From: Bugula neritina
Lineage: Eukaryota > Animalia > Bryozoa
Assembly: GCA_964035545.1 (NCBI GenBank)
Contig: OZ037765.1
Coordinates: 1,364,001 to 1,428,000, forward strand
Length of the DNA stretch: 64,000 nt
Reading direction: 5' to 3'
Below the pieces are notes generated by a model. That model was not told the DNA's origin, did no database searches, and saw only the letters and a list, made by a program, of their open reading frames with translations. The position numbers and the translations under genes are program-made. Of the stretch, positions 63,330 to 64,000 are shown in pieces (within the stretch, counting starts at the first letter, position 1; the number at the start of each line of letters is the position of its first letter).

Positions 63330-63393
63330 CACATAATCTGCTAAGTAATGCAGGCATTACATGTAATGCCTGCATTACTTAGCAGATTATGTG
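63330..63393. repeat. Perfect 64-bp spacerless palindrome
   Basis: CACATAATCTGCTAAGTAATGCAGGCATTACA (63330-63361) is followed immediately by its exact reverse complement (63362-63393). Confidence 0.97.
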
Positions 63394-63717
63394 ATTTCTT
63401 CTGCCTTTCTGACATTATGCCGGAAAAATATAGAACATTCTCTATCAAAGACAGATGCTCTTTCTGACATCACTAAAGGTCTTGCAAAAATTAACAAACT
63501 AATAACACACAAATTTTGCTTTTCGCTTTAAAAAAGAATTTTAGACTAGCAGAGTAGAGAAAAATAAAAAAGAATTATGAAAATTTTAGTCTTTCAATAT
63601 TCATACAATTGTCAAGTTAAAAGAGATTGTTACTATATTGAACTAATGAAGTTGTTAATGACACTAAGTGTTTGCTTAAAAGTTTAACTAAAATTTTTGC
63701 ATCAACTAAAAACTTTT

Positions 63718-63756
<39 letters not shown>

Positions 63757-64000
63757 TATATGCTACAAGCACACGCTGTACTACAGTTAACAAAAAGTGC
63801 AATCTTGTTTCAATTAAAAAAATATTTGATTTAGTTCATTGAAAACTCTTTAATAAAAATATGAGTGTAAAACCCTTTATAACAGTTGGATTCATGATAC
63901 TTTAAACTGTACATGTAGATATTTTAGTGTTATATGTGTTACATGTATGTTTAGTGTTAGCTGATAAACATTTCTCAAAGCGGAAATTTAATTAAGTTTG

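Overview
AT-rich, intron-containing animal (invertebrate) genomic DNA; no prokaryotic features, rRNA, CRISPR array or intact tRNA seen. Exon-by-exon reading with splice-phase checks supports eight protein-coding genes: an ELAPOR/KIAA1324-family receptor (- strand, runs off the left edge), head-to-head with CFAP276/C1orf194 (+), then ACTR1/centractin (+, needs one GC-AG intron), a highly divergent prominin-like 5-TM gene (+, about 25 exons, with an in-frame TAG near its N-terminus), two tandem TRIM paralogues (RING-Bbox-Bbox-coiled coil-beta propeller, -), a secreted olfactomedin/noelin-like gene (-), and the first two coding exons of a DEG/ENaC channel (+, runs off the right edge). Non-coding DNA holds two tRNA-derived SINE-like families, a ~165-bp MITE family, a 1.3-kb non-autonomous TIR transposon, a foldback-like element, a probable solo LTR, a perfect 64-bp palindrome and many micro/minisatellites. 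The most unusual structure is a recurring class of tandem repeats nucleated exactly at splice junctions. The best case is a 15-copy array in the prominin-like gene that duplicates an exon end plus splice donor and contains ten stop-free, phase-0, AG/GT-bounded 36-nt exon-like cassettes. Family assignments rest on recalled motifs, not database searches.
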